Below, in pieces: positions 53,385 to 62,289 of a stretch of 64,000 nt of DNA. Made by a program: the position numbers and the translations under genes. Source of the stretch: an uncultured Candidatus Saccharibacteria bacterium (GTDB taxonomy: Bacteria; Patescibacteriota; Minisyncoccia; Phycocordibacterales; UBA5272); assembly GCA_964512315.1 (NCBI GenBank), contig CAZEIK010000002.1:45304-109303 (forward strand), in the 5' to 3' direction. The notes under the pieces were generated by a model that ran no database searches, had not been told where the DNA came from, and was given only the letters and a program-made list of their open reading frames with translations. How positions within the stretch are numbered: position 1 is the first letter of the stretch; each line of letters begins with the position of its first letter.

Positions 53385-54629
53385 ATGAATTCTCTTAAAT
53401 TAGGAATGTTTCTGGCGGTAAAGACTGTAAGACATGCTAGTAAGTGGACTACTGCGCTCATTATCGCTGTGATGCTCATCACATTTCTTAACCTTGTGAT
53501 TGTATCTGGTATTTTAGTTGGTCTTATACAAGGCTCAGAAGTTGCTTTTCGTGAGAAATATCTAGGCGACGTAGTTGCTAGCCCGCTTGAGAAGAAAACT
53601 AAAGTAGAAAAAGCCGGAGAAATCGAGTACACGTTGGACGGTATGCCGGATGTTCTGGGTTACAGTGCTAGATATATATCTGGCGGTAGCATTGAGGCTA
53701 ATTATGCAACCAGAAAAAGTGATGACGTTGCTAATAAGAAAAGCGTATCTATAAGAGGGATTAACCCTGAAAAGGAAGAGGTCGTGACCAAGCTAAGTGA
53801 AAATGTAATAGAAGGTGAGTATCTGACAAGTGCTGATGCTGGTAAATACATATTGGTAGGCAAGGACGTGTTGGCGAAGTATTCTGTTGTGGCTGATGTG
53901 GACTCGAGCGCTTTGCGCGATGTTGAGCCTGGTACTAAAGTGCGCATTACAATAGGCACAACAACTCAGGAGTACAAAGTAAAAGGCATACTTAAGATCA
54001 AAGCTGGTGACCTCTCGTCAGGAATATTTATGGTTGATTCTGAGTTGCGCAAATTCGCTAACAAAAATATTAGCGATGTGGATGAAATAGCTATTAAGTT
54101 AAATAAGGGAGGCAATGCAGTCAAAGTAAGGGATACATTGCTTCAGAATGGGTTCGGTGAGTATGCAAAGATACAGACTTTTGAAGAGGGTACGCCTGCA
54201 TTCGTTATTAATATGAAGCAACTGTTCGGCGCCTTGGGTACATTGTTCGGCTCGGTAGGTGTTGTGGTTGCAGCTATTACGCTATTTATTGTTATATTTA
54301 TTAATGCACTCACCAAACGGAGACAGATTGGAATTCTAAAAGGAATAGGTATAACGAGCGGGACAATACTTTGGAGTTATGTGTTCCAGAGTATGTTCTA
54401 CGCATTCTGTGGGTCCATGTTAGGTCTTCTTGCTACATTTGGCTGGCTTAAGCCATTCTTTGATAAGAATCCAATAGACTTTCCATTCTCGGATGGTATA
54501 TTAGTGGCTGACTTATCTACAACAATGATACGCGTTGCGACGTTAATAATAGTTGCTATGCTGGCTGGATTTATACCGGCCTGGATGGTCGTAAGGCGTA
54601 ATACACTTAATGCAATTTTAGGAAGATAA
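53385..54629 (+). CDS. ABC transporter permease, MacB/FtsX/LolE family
   Basis: TM helix, large extracytoplasmic loop, three TM helices; KRRQIGILKGIG, PAW. Confidence 0.9.
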   Translation: MNSLKLGMFLAVKTVRHASKWTTALIIAVMLITFLNLVIVSGILVGLIQGSEVAFREKYLGDVVASPLEKKTKVEKAGEIEYTLDGMPDVLGYSARYISGGSIEANYATRKSDDVANKKSVSIRGINPEKEEVVTKLSENVIEGEYLTSADAGKYILVGKDVLAKYSVVADVDSSALRDVEPGTKVRITIGTTTQEYKVKGILKIKAGDLSSGIFMVDSELRKFANKNISDVDEIAIKLNKGGNAVKVRDTLLQNGFGEYAKIQTFEEGTPAFVINMKQLFGALGTLFGSVGVVVAAITLFIVIFINALTKRRQIGILKGIGITSGTILWSYVFQSMFYAFCGSMLGLLATFGWLKPFFDKNPIDFPFSDGILVADLSTTMIRVATLIIVAMLAGFIPAWMVVRRNTLNAILGR

Positions 54630-54633
54630 ATTT

Positions 54634-55302
54634 ATGACAGCAATTATTTCAGTAAAAAATTTAGAGAAGTCCTTCATGGACGGTAAGGAGATTACAAAAG
54701 TTCTAAAAGGTGTAGATCTTGAGGTAGAAAAAGGCGAATTCGTTGCTATTATGGGACGCTCTGGAGCCGGTAAGTCGACGTGTTTGTATCAGCTGTCACT
54801 ACTTGATCACCCAACTGGAGGGCAGATTATAATAGACGGGCGCAATACAGAGAAGATGGACAGTGACGACAGGACTAATTTTAGACTGTATGAGCTCGGA
54901 TATGTTTTCCAAGATTATTCACTGATACCGGAGTTGTCAGCAACTGAAAATGTTATGTTGCCACTCTTGATGCAAGGAGTTAAGAAGACTGACGCTATTG
55001 CTCGTGCGGAGGAGGCCTTACGAGCTGTAGACCTGGGACACAGGCTAGGCAACTTGCCTAGCGAGATGTCTGGTGGTGAGCAGCAACGTACAGCGGTTGC
55101 TCGTGCAATATGTCACAGGCCAAAAATACTTTTCGCGGACGAGCCGACAGCTAATCTTGACGTTGCTTCGAGTGAGAGAGTTATGGAAATTTTTAGAAAG
55201 CTTAACAAGGAAGGACTAACTATTGTTATGGTTACTCATGAGGAAGAATACGGAAAGCTTTGCGATCGCGTCATTCGCCTCTCAGACGGAATGGTGGTTT
55301 AG
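54634..55302 (+). CDS. ABC transporter ATP-binding protein, LolD/MacB-like
   Basis: GRSGAGKS, VFQ, MSGGEQQR, FADEPTANLD, VTHE. Confidence 0.95.
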   Translation: MTAIISVKNLEKSFMDGKEITKVLKGVDLEVEKGEFVAIMGRSGAGKSTCLYQLSLLDHPTGGQIIIDGRNTEKMDSDDRTNFRLYELGYVFQDYSLIPELSATENVMLPLLMQGVKKTDAIARAEEALRAVDLGHRLGNLPSEMSGGEQQRTAVARAICHRPKILFADEPTANLDVASSERVMEIFRKLNKEGLTIVMVTHEEEYGKLCDRVIRLSDGMVV

Positions 55303-55958
55303 ATCTGGACGTTTTTGAGCTCTACGCTAGCGTCGTTAAAGGCGACTATTTCCCAAGGGTTTTTGAAGAACTCAAGTGGATGATATTTGACTAACGTTAT
55401 ACCCGCATTATCTACTGGGTTGAACACTGCCAACTTAACATATTGCTCAACAGTTAAGTCTTTGCCGTATATTAATACACACAGCAACATTTTTAGAAAT
55501 ATTCCATGAGTAACACACAATGTGTTGTTTGAGGCATTCTTTTGCAGAAAGTCTTTGGCTTTGAGTGCTCTAGCTTTTAAGTCTTCAAAGTTCTCCTCAT
55601 CTTCATATCTATAGTCTGGCGCGTGGAAGCTTTTGTCCATGGCGTTTATAGCTTCTATTGCTTTGGGGTCATCGTACTTTTTGCCGACAATAGAAGAAGG
55701 GTTATGTCTCTCGGCGAGTAGGGGTGAGTATTCTATAGTTAATCCTAGCTTCTGGTTAATTATGTCGGCCGTTTCTATTGTTCTTTGGAACGGGCTACAG
55801 AATATTTTTTTTATATGGAACTTTTCTAACCTTTCTGCTAACTCTGTAGTTTGTTTCTTGCCAAGATCAGAAAGTCCTCCAGACTCAGCTTGTCTAATTT
55901 TCTCTTTGTTCAATATTGTCTCGCCGTGCCTTACAAAATAAATATTTTTATCAAGCAT
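55299..55958 (-). CDS. Histidine phosphatase family protein
   Basis: FVRHGET, SP..R..ETA, VTHG. Confidence 0.92.
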   Translation of the reverse strand: MLDKNIYFVRHGETILNKEKIRQAESGGLSDLGKKQTTELAERLEKFHIKKIFCSPFQRTIETADIINQKLGLTIEYSPLLAERHNPSSIVGKKYDDPKAIEAINAMDKSFHAPDYRYEDEENFEDLKARALKAKDFLQKNASNNTLCVTHGIFLKMLLCVLIYGKDLTVEQYVKLAVFNPVDNAGITLVKYHPLEFFKNPWEIVAFNDASVELKNVQI

Positions 55959-55959
55959 T

Positions 55960-56076
55960 TTATATCTTTACATAGACATTCTTGCCGTGTATATAAAGTA
56001 GGAAAATCACAATCACAAGTAGCAGCATGCCAGCTATAATTAGCAGATTTTTCCAAGAGAGGTCGAATTGATTCAT
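55960..56076 (-). CDS. 38 aa single-TM peptide (not in the ORF track)
   Basis: MNQFDLSWKNLLIIAGMLLLVIVIFLLYIHGKNVYVKI; TATACT 6 nt upstream; stop lies 1 nt before the phosphatase ATG. Confidence 0.6.
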   Translation of the reverse strand: MNQFDLSWKNLLIIAGMLLLVIVIFLLYIHGKNVYVKI

Positions 56077-56145
56077 ACAGTCAGTATATATTTTTTATGT
56101 GTATTACTTTCTGTTTTTTCCACATATTTATCGTATACTTTTTAT

Positions 56146-56970
56146 ATGGATTTCAAAAAGTATCGCTTGGCTACTTCTCTAGTATTACTTATGTCTTCAT
56201 TCGTTTTTGCTCAAGACGTAACATCTAGCCCAAGGATTCACATGAATATAATAGACAAGATGTCGCTTTCTGTTTATTGTGGACTATCTTATGTTTTTGA
56301 TAACTCTAACCGCTCTAAATGTTATGCGTCCAATCTTCCCGTTGCTATGCCAGCAGTAAGAGCTAATCAGAATCGCGACATGAATGTTCCGACAGGATTT
56401 ATTCCTTCTCAGCCGGCGGTCGCAATGCAAAGAGACGCATCAACTACAATAATAAATATCGCCTCACCTTCAGCTAGTGTACTTGTTCCAGCTAGTAGCA
56501 CCAATCAGGTGTTAGAAGAGATTAAGAAGAGATTGGATCAAAACTCTGCCGCAATAGAAGGGTTAGACAAGAGAACAACAAGTCTAGAGAATCGTGCCGT
56601 GGGGCAGACTATTGTTAAGTATGTAGCTGGCACTAGGGGTCCAAAGGGTGCAGACGGGGTTACTAGAGTAGTGTATGCGACACCTACACCAGAGGTATTC
56701 AACAGCTTATCGGGGTCTATATTAATAGGAGAGAACAATCAAAGCTTTGCCGACAACAATGTAACTATAGGTAAAGAGTTAGTTAATACTGTAGCGGGTA
56801 GCCTTCAAATAGGACCTAATGATGCCTCTAAGCTTACTATTGTTCCTGGTGCCACTTCTGGCGATATGTCTGTTAACATACAAGGCAGATTTGTTGCTGG
56901 CGCATTTTGTATCGACGACGTCTGTATAGACAAAAATATTTTGAAAAAGGTTGTAGACATGTTTAAATAG
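56146..56970 (+). CDS. Secreted fibre/adhesin-like protein
   Basis: Signal peptide from MDFKK (56146), coiled coil, short G-X-Y run GTRGPKGADG, C-terminal FCIDDVCID. Confidence 0.65.
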   Translation: MDFKKYRLATSLVLLMSSFVFAQDVTSSPRIHMNIIDKMSLSVYCGLSYVFDNSNRSKCYASNLPVAMPAVRANQNRDMNVPTGFIPSQPAVAMQRDASTTIINIASPSASVLVPASSTNQVLEEIKKRLDQNSAAIEGLDKRTTSLENRAVGQTIVKYVAGTRGPKGADGVTRVVYATPTPEVFNSLSGSILIGENNQSFADNNVTIGKELVNTVAGSLQIGPNDASKLTIVPGATSGDMSVNIQGRFVAGAFCIDDVCIDKNILKKVVDMFK

Positions 56971-56975
56971 CCAAC

Positions 56976-57533
56976 ATGCAAAAGGTTGTATCTTTTCTAT
57001 CCAAAATACTATCGTGTTTATTTTTGCTGTCTACAGTAACAGCCTTTTTTTACCTTAAAACATCCTTTTATATCTTTATTACATTTTTTATAATTTCTTT
57101 ATTTTTATTTTTTAAAAATGGGAACAAGTTTAAATTATTCCTAGCAAATATACTCCTGTTAACCCTTATTCTGTCAGTCTTTTTCTCTAGCATTAGAAGT
57201 GAGGTTAATAATGAGACCCAAAGTTTTAAGCAAGACACTAGCGTTAGCGCTAATAGACTTATGCAAGAAAGGTTGGTGACATTGAGAGAAATGATACGCT
57301 CAGGAGTAGAAGAGGATAGTGTGTTGGTTTATATGTATGACACCATTGAGACAGGAGAGGGATTGCTTGCCACCAGCACACCACTGTCTTATCTTGATCT
57401 TGGTTTTACTTATGAGATAGCCGATTCGCTGGGAATACCTTACGCAAAAGAAAAGGCCATTGAGAACTTTTCTAAATATTGCAACCTGGCCCCAACAGAA
57501 AAGACTTGCCAATCCTTGCGAACTAAAAAATAA
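56976..57533 (+). CDS. Hypothetical membrane protein
   Basis: Three N-terminal TM helices followed by a soluble domain. Confidence 0.65.
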   Translation: MQKVVSFLSKILSCLFLLSTVTAFFYLKTSFYIFITFFIISLFLFFKNGNKFKLFLANILLLTLILSVFFSSIRSEVNNETQSFKQDTSVSANRLMQERLVTLREMIRSGVEEDSVLVYMYDTIETGEGLLATSTPLSYLDLGFTYEIADSLGIPYAKEKAIENFSKYCNLAPTEKTCQSLRTKK

Positions 57534-57551
57534 GTAATATACTGACTTTAT

Positions 57552-58310
57552 ATGTCAAAAGAATTATCAAATTTATACAAAATGGGTGGTTTGTTCTTAT
57601 TGGTGGCTACTATATTGTGTGCTGTTTATGCTTATTCAGAATTAAAAACAGTTAAGTATATCGGTCTTGCTCCGCAGAATACAATAGTTGTAAGTGGTGA
57701 GGGTAAGGTTACTGCTGTACCAGATATATCTCGTGTTACTTCTACAATACGTGAATCAGCAAAAACAACAAAAGAAGCAACCGAAAAAGCTTCACAAAAG
57801 TCAGCCGCACTTAAGAAGGCTTTGCTTGCTTTAAAGATAGACGAGAAAGATATTAAGACTGTTAACTACTACACTTCTCCAAAATATACATACACAAATA
57901 CAGGTAAGGCTATTTTAGATGGATATGAGACTGTTCAAACAGATGAGATTAAGGTTCGTGATACAGACCTGGTTGCAAAAGTTCTAACTGAGATAACTGG
58001 CGCTGGTATTAATGAAGTGTCTGGCCCTGAGTTTACAATTGACGACACTAACAAGTTAAAAGAAGAGGCTCGCGGTAAAGCTATCGCCGAAGCTAAACAA
58101 AAAGCCGAGAAGCTGGCTGATCAGCTTGGTGTTGATCTGGTTAGAATTGTATCTTTCTCTGAGGAGGGTAATTATGCTTATATGCCTTATGTAAGAGAGG
58201 CTGCCATGACTATGTCTCGCGATATGACCAAGGATGCTGTTGCTCCTAGCGTTAATGCCGGTGAGCAAGAAGTGAAGAGTAACGTCTCTATAACTTACGA
58301 AATCAAGTAA
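57552..58310 (+). CDS. SIMPL (DUF541) domain protein
   Basis: IVVSGEGKV.AVPD, DIKT, AR.KAI.EAK.KAE.LA..LG..L, AGEQ.V...V.ITY. Confidence 0.92.
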   Translation: MSKELSNLYKMGGLFLLVATILCAVYAYSELKTVKYIGLAPQNTIVVSGEGKVTAVPDISRVTSTIRESAKTTKEATEKASQKSAALKKALLALKIDEKDIKTVNYYTSPKYTYTNTGKAILDGYETVQTDEIKVRDTDLVAKVLTEITGAGINEVSGPEFTIDDTNKLKEEARGKAIAEAKQKAEKLADQLGVDLVRIVSFSEEGNYAYMPYVREAAMTMSRDMTKDAVAPSVNAGEQEVKSNVSITYEIK

Positions 58311-58486
58311 TTGACTTTTCGCAAGAAGAGTAATATTATTGTAATTAAGACGCCCGAAAGGGTGTTTTAATTTGAAAAATTATTAAAAACAAAAACAACT
58401 TTTATTTTCAAAATTTCTTTACCCTTCCTTTCAGGTGGGTCCTACGAAATTTCTCAAATTAAAAGTTGTTTTCAAACAAAATTCAT

Positions 58487-58663
58487 ATGATGAAATTTAT
58501 AAATGAAGTTCGTGCTGAGATGGCTTTTGTAAAATGGCCAACAAGGAGAATGGTTATAGTTAGTGCGGTAGCAGTTGTTATAATTTCTGCTTTTCTTGCA
58601 GCTTTCTTAGGTGGTGTAGATTTTGGTTTACACAAGTTATTAGCTAAATTCTTTACAAAATAA
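58487..58663 (+). CDS. secE: Preprotein translocase subunit SecE
   Basis: EVRAEM..VKWPTR plus TM helix; precedes nusG. Confidence 0.92.
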   Translation: MMKFINEVRAEMAFVKWPTRRMVIVSAVAVVIISAFLAAFLGGVDFGLHKLLAKFFTK

Positions 58664-58664
58664 T

Positions 58665-59210
58665 ATGGCTAAGCAAGAATTAGGAGGAGAGAGACATTGG
58701 TATGCAGTGCACACATACAGCGGTTACGAGAACGCCGTTGAGCGTAACTTGCGTCAACGTATTGATTCGTTAGATCTTAACGAGCGTATATTTAACGTCG
58801 TTGTCCCAACAGAAAAGAAAATAAAAGTAAAAGCTGGCAAGCGTGTTGAAGTGGAGGAGAAGGTGTACCCTGGATATGTACTAGTGGACATGATAGTGGA
58901 TGATGAGACATGGTATGCGATACGTAACACACCACGCGTAACTGGATTCGTAGGAGCTGGTAATACGCCAGTACCACTTACCCCTAAGGAGGTCGATTAC
59001 TTGTTAGGTAAGATGCAGAATGCAACACCAGTTCACGATGTTGAAATTGTAACTGGAGAGATGGTACATATTAGTGATGGTCCGTTTAAGGACTTTGAGG
59101 GTAAAGTAGACGAAGTAGACAGGGTTCGTGGCAAGTTGCGCGTACTTGTTAACATGTTCGGACGTGAGACCCCGGTGGAGCTAGACTTCTTGCAAGTTAG
59201 AAAAATCTAA
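58665..59210 (+). CDS. nusG: Transcription factor NusG
   Basis: WYAVHTYSGYE, YPGYVLV, NTPRVTGFVG, MFGRETPVELDF. Confidence 0.98.
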   Translation: MAKQELGGERHWYAVHTYSGYENAVERNLRQRIDSLDLNERIFNVVVPTEKKIKVKAGKRVEVEEKVYPGYVLVDMIVDDETWYAIRNTPRVTGFVGAGNTPVPLTPKEVDYLLGKMQNATPVHDVEIVTGEMVHISDGPFKDFEGKVDEVDRVRGKLRVLVNMFGRETPVELDFLQVRKI

Positions 59211-59317
59211 TGTATTATATAGGGGCTTCTAGAGTTTGCTGCTCTTAAAAATTTCGCAAAAAGCAATATTACGTATATTTCTTATACACGAAAATTATTT
59301 CAAATTAAAACAAAAAC

Positions 59318-59743
59318 ATGGCAGATAAAAAAGTAACAAAGTACGTAAAAGTACAAATCATGGCTGGTAAGGCAATGCCTGCGCCACCACTTGGGCCCGC
59401 CCTAGGTCAAGCTGGGGTTAACATCGCAGACTTTACAAAGAAGTTCAACGATGCGACTAAGGAAATGTCAGGACTACTATCTTGTAAGATTTATGCTTAC
59501 GAGGACAGAACTTATGACTTCGTAGTTAAGAGTCCTACAGCAACAAGTTTGATCAAGGAGGCTGCTGGTATCAAATCAGGAAGCCAAAAACCAGGATCAT
59601 CTAAAGCTGGCAAGATATCGCGCGCTCAACTTGAGAAGATTGCCGAGATCAAGCTTAAAGACTTAACAGCTAACACTATTGACCAAGCTGTTAAAATCTT
59701 AGAAGGTTCAGCTCGCTCAATGGGTCTAGAGGTTACAAAGTAA
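59318..59743 (+). CDS. rplK: 50S ribosomal protein L11
   Basis: AGKAMPAPPLGPALGQAGVNI, GSARSMG. Confidence 0.97.
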   Translation: MADKKVTKYVKVQIMAGKAMPAPPLGPALGQAGVNIADFTKKFNDATKEMSGLLSCKIYAYEDRTYDFVVKSPTATSLIKEAAGIKSGSQKPGSSKAGKISRAQLEKIAEIKLKDLTANTIDQAVKILEGSARSMGLEVTK

Positions 59744-59751
59744 CACAAAAT

Positions 59752-59791
59752 CAAAACAAAAAACTTCGCATTCGCGAAGTTTTTTGTTTTG
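59752..59791 (+). terminator. Intrinsic terminator directly after rplK
   Basis: CAAAACAAAAAACTTCGC-ATTC-GCGAAGTTTTTTGTTTTG. Confidence 0.85.
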
Positions 59792-59831
59792 TGGTAGATT
59801 TTTATTGGACTAACAACATGAGGGCAACCCC

Positions 59832-60410
59832 GTGATACTCAGCGCAAAAACTATAAAGTCTCTTTGTATAAGGCCAGCCGATGCTGGCAATAACTGGAAG
59901 CCGATGATCACCAATTTCGTGGATCGAGAGGTTCGAGAAGGTGGACTTCCTTCGTACGGACTAACTTCGGAAGGTTACGATGTTCGTGCCAGAAGAGAGG
60001 GCTGGATGATGTGCGACAAAAATCGTACAGCACCGCTTGACACCTGGAAGCCTGACGCATCAGCGTTTATCGAGTTCGACGTCAAGGGAGACATTGTCGA
60101 AATACCACCCCATAGCATGGTTATGGGCCGTACAGAAAACGGCTTTCATTTACCTTCGAATGTTTTGATGGGCGTTTACACGAAGTCCAGTTTCGCTCGT
60201 TGTGCCGTGTCGTTAAACACCACAAAAGCGGTTCCGACTTGGTCTGGAGAGTGGTTGGTGGTAGAAATCACAAACAATGCGCCGTTCCCGGTCCGTTTCA
60301 ACATTAGGGGCGGCATTGCCTCACTTGTCTTTTTTGGCCTTGATGGAGAAGGTCAGGAATATCGAGGTCTTTTTAGCGGCGGACAGGACTTTCTAAAGTC
60401 CGCCACATAA
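59832..60410 (+). CDS. dcd: dCTP deaminase (divergent)
   Basis: SYGLTS.GYDVR, IPPHS, KSSFARC, P.WSG...VEITN. Confidence 0.82.
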   Translation: MILSAKTIKSLCIRPADAGNNWKPMITNFVDREVREGGLPSYGLTSEGYDVRARREGWMMCDKNRTAPLDTWKPDASAFIEFDVKGDIVEIPPHSMVMGRTENGFHLPSNVLMGVYTKSSFARCAVSLNTTKAVPTWSGEWLVVEITNNAPFPVRFNIRGGIASLVFFGLDGEGQEYRGLFSGGQDFLKSAT

Positions 60411-60431
60411 GATTAAGATCGTTGTTCTTTT

Positions 60432-60459
60432 ACGGCACCTTGGTGCCGTTTTCTTTTTT
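60432..60459 (+). terminator. Intrinsic terminator
   Basis: ACGGCACC-TT-GGTGCCGT followed by a T tract. Confidence 0.7.
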
Positions 60460-60492
60460 GTAAAATCTATTGAAATAAAATATAATTTAAAT

Positions 60493-60912
60493 ATGAAAGT
60501 CCTAATAAAAAAATTGCGTGACGATGCTCGCATTCCAACTCGTGCCCATAATGATGATGCTGGTATAGACCTATACGCTTGTGGCCAGCATGTTATTGCT
60601 CCGGGGGAGACAGTGATGATACCGTTAGGCGTTGCGTTCGAGATACCACTCGGTTATGTCGGTTTAATTTGGGACAAGTCTAGCATAGGGTCAAAATCAG
60701 TTAAGAGTCTGTGTGGGGTTATAGATGCTGGCTATCGTGGTGAAGTAAAAGTGATGATGAATAATCTTGGCAAAGAGACTTACACATTTGAACACGGCCA
60801 CAAAGTCGCACAGATGTTGATCCAAACTGTTGAGTTGTGTGAAGTAGAAGAGGTGTCCGAGTTGTCGGATTCTGCCAGAGGACAAGGCGGCTTCGGCAGT
60901 ACAGGGAAGTAG
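60493..60912 (+). CDS. dut: dUTP diphosphatase
   Basis: AGIDL, KSS, GVIDAGYRGE, KVAQ, RGQGGFGSTG. Confidence 0.97.
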   Translation: MKVLIKKLRDDARIPTRAHNDDAGIDLYACGQHVIAPGETVMIPLGVAFEIPLGYVGLIWDKSSIGSKSVKSLCGVIDAGYRGEVKVMMNNLGKETYTFEHGHKVAQMLIQTVELCEVEEVSELSDSARGQGGFGSTGK

Positions 60913-60982
60913 ATTTTAATATTTGCGAACATCTGCAGAAAAGAGTAGGATAAAATAAATTGTAGTTCTTTCGGAGGTTTTT

Positions 60983-61192
60983 ATGGAGGTGGATGCTAGT
61001 GCGCTCACATTTTTCAATCCTGGTGTTGCTGTTGATCGGTTTGTGGTTGTATACCAAGATCCGACGACGAAAGTAGACAGAGGTGAAGGAGAGTTCGCCA
61101 AAAGGGTTACTGACTTTCGGTTAACAATTGAGGTGGAGGGTAACGACCCTTGGCTTCGCCAAACCTGGGACAGGAAAGGAGGTTTGAAATGA
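60983..61192 (+). CDS. Small hypothetical protein
   Basis: SD GGAGGT before the ATG; 69 aa. Confidence 0.6.
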   Translation: MEVDASALTFFNPGVAVDRFVVVYQDPTTKVDRGEGEFAKRVTDFRLTIEVEGNDPWLRQTWDRKGGLK

Positions 61193-61512
61193 AAGTTTCT
61201 TATCTGTCGGTGCTTATCAGGGCACTTGAAATGCAGACAAGATTTGCAGACCCAGAAGTCGGGTTACATGTTTTCGCTAACAGCGCCTGGTCCGTGGTTT
61301 ATGGTTGTGGTGTTTCTCCTGTATACCACAAACCAGAAACAGAAAAAGAGGCTTGGTGTTACGACCTGCTTGGATTTGGTTCCGTTTTCTTGTTTGAGAG
61401 CAATCCAAATCAGCTAATGCTTCGTTTCGAATGCCCAAGTATTGACTCATGCACGCGCGGTTTAGGGCTTGATGCCGCCCAAAAATTGCTTGAGATCTTG
61501 AGCAAAGAATAA
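61189..61512 (+). CDS. Hypothetical protein
   Basis: SD AAGGAGGT, ATGA overlap at 61189; 107 aa. Confidence 0.65.
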   Translation: MKVSYLSVLIRALEMQTRFADPEVGLHVFANSAWSVVYGCGVSPVYHKPETEKEAWCYDLLGFGSVFLFESNPNQLMLRFECPSIDSCTRGLGLDAAQKLLEILSKE

Positions 61513-61547
61513 CCCCGCTCGCTTTACGGCTCGCGGGGTTTCGTTTT
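61511..61547 (+). terminator. Intrinsic terminator
   Basis: AACCCCGC...GCGGGGTT followed by a T-rich tail. Confidence 0.6.
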
Positions 61548-61604
61548 GCTTTTTGCTCGCAACTGATGTATTGTTTAAAAGGTTTTATTCTAGGAGAAAG
61601 ATCT

Positions 61605-62210
61605 GTGAGTAATGTAAAGCTCATTGTTGTAGACGGTATGGACGGAACTGGTAAGGGTACTGTCATTGAGGCTGTGCGGCAAAGATTCCCAGGGTTTGCT
61701 TTTGTGCGCGAACCAGGAGGAACCGAACTCGGAGAAAAGATAAGAGGCCTATTTCTGGGCCAGACAATGCAGCCGGCGACAGAAGTTTTTCTGCTTTTGG
61801 CGCAAAGGTCCGAGCTTAGGAGCGTTATCTCGGCGCTTTTAGGTCAGGGCAAGACCGTACTTTCTGATCGGTCTGACTCATCAACATTCGCTTATCAGGT
61901 GGTCGCTAGGGAGCAGCCGTTTCTTGAGGGTCTTTTCTGGGAAACAAGGAAGTACCTGGTACCAATCCCGGATGCTTACGTTTTTCTTGATACTGATCCA
62001 GTTATTGCAATTGAGCGTACTGGTCGCCGATCAAGTGACGACCGATTCGACTCCGCTGGGCTTGAGTTTTTCTCAAGGGTTCGAGATGGATTCCGAGTTT
62101 TTGCCAGCAAAGTAGATACTCCGTGCCATTTTGTGGACGCAACACCTAATGATCCGACTGTCGTCTCAAATTCTGTGATCGCCGTCATCGAGCAGTATCT
62201 TTCGACTTAA
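61605..62210 (+). CDS. tmk: Thymidylate kinase
   Basis: DGMDGTGKGT, REPGGT.LGE.IR, SDR...S.FAYQ, PD...FLD; SD AGGAG before GTG 61605. Confidence 0.93.
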   Translation: MSNVKLIVVDGMDGTGKGTVIEAVRQRFPGFAFVREPGGTELGEKIRGLFLGQTMQPATEVFLLLAQRSELRSVISALLGQGKTVLSDRSDSSTFAYQVVAREQPFLEGLFWETRKYLVPIPDAYVFLDTDPVIAIERTGRRSSDDRFDSAGLEFFSRVRDGFRVFASKVDTPCHFVDATPNDPTVVSNSVIAVIEQYLST

Positions 62211-62230
62211 ATGCTGTTCGGTGGTCAAGT

Positions 62231-62257
62231 AAAACAGTGCGCTTGCGCACTGTTTTT
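62231..62257 (+). terminator. Intrinsic terminator
   Basis: AAAACAGTGCGC-TT-GCGCACTGTTTT. Confidence 0.75.
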
Positions 62258-62289
62258 GTTATTTGTTTTTATTTTGTTAGAATGGTCAC

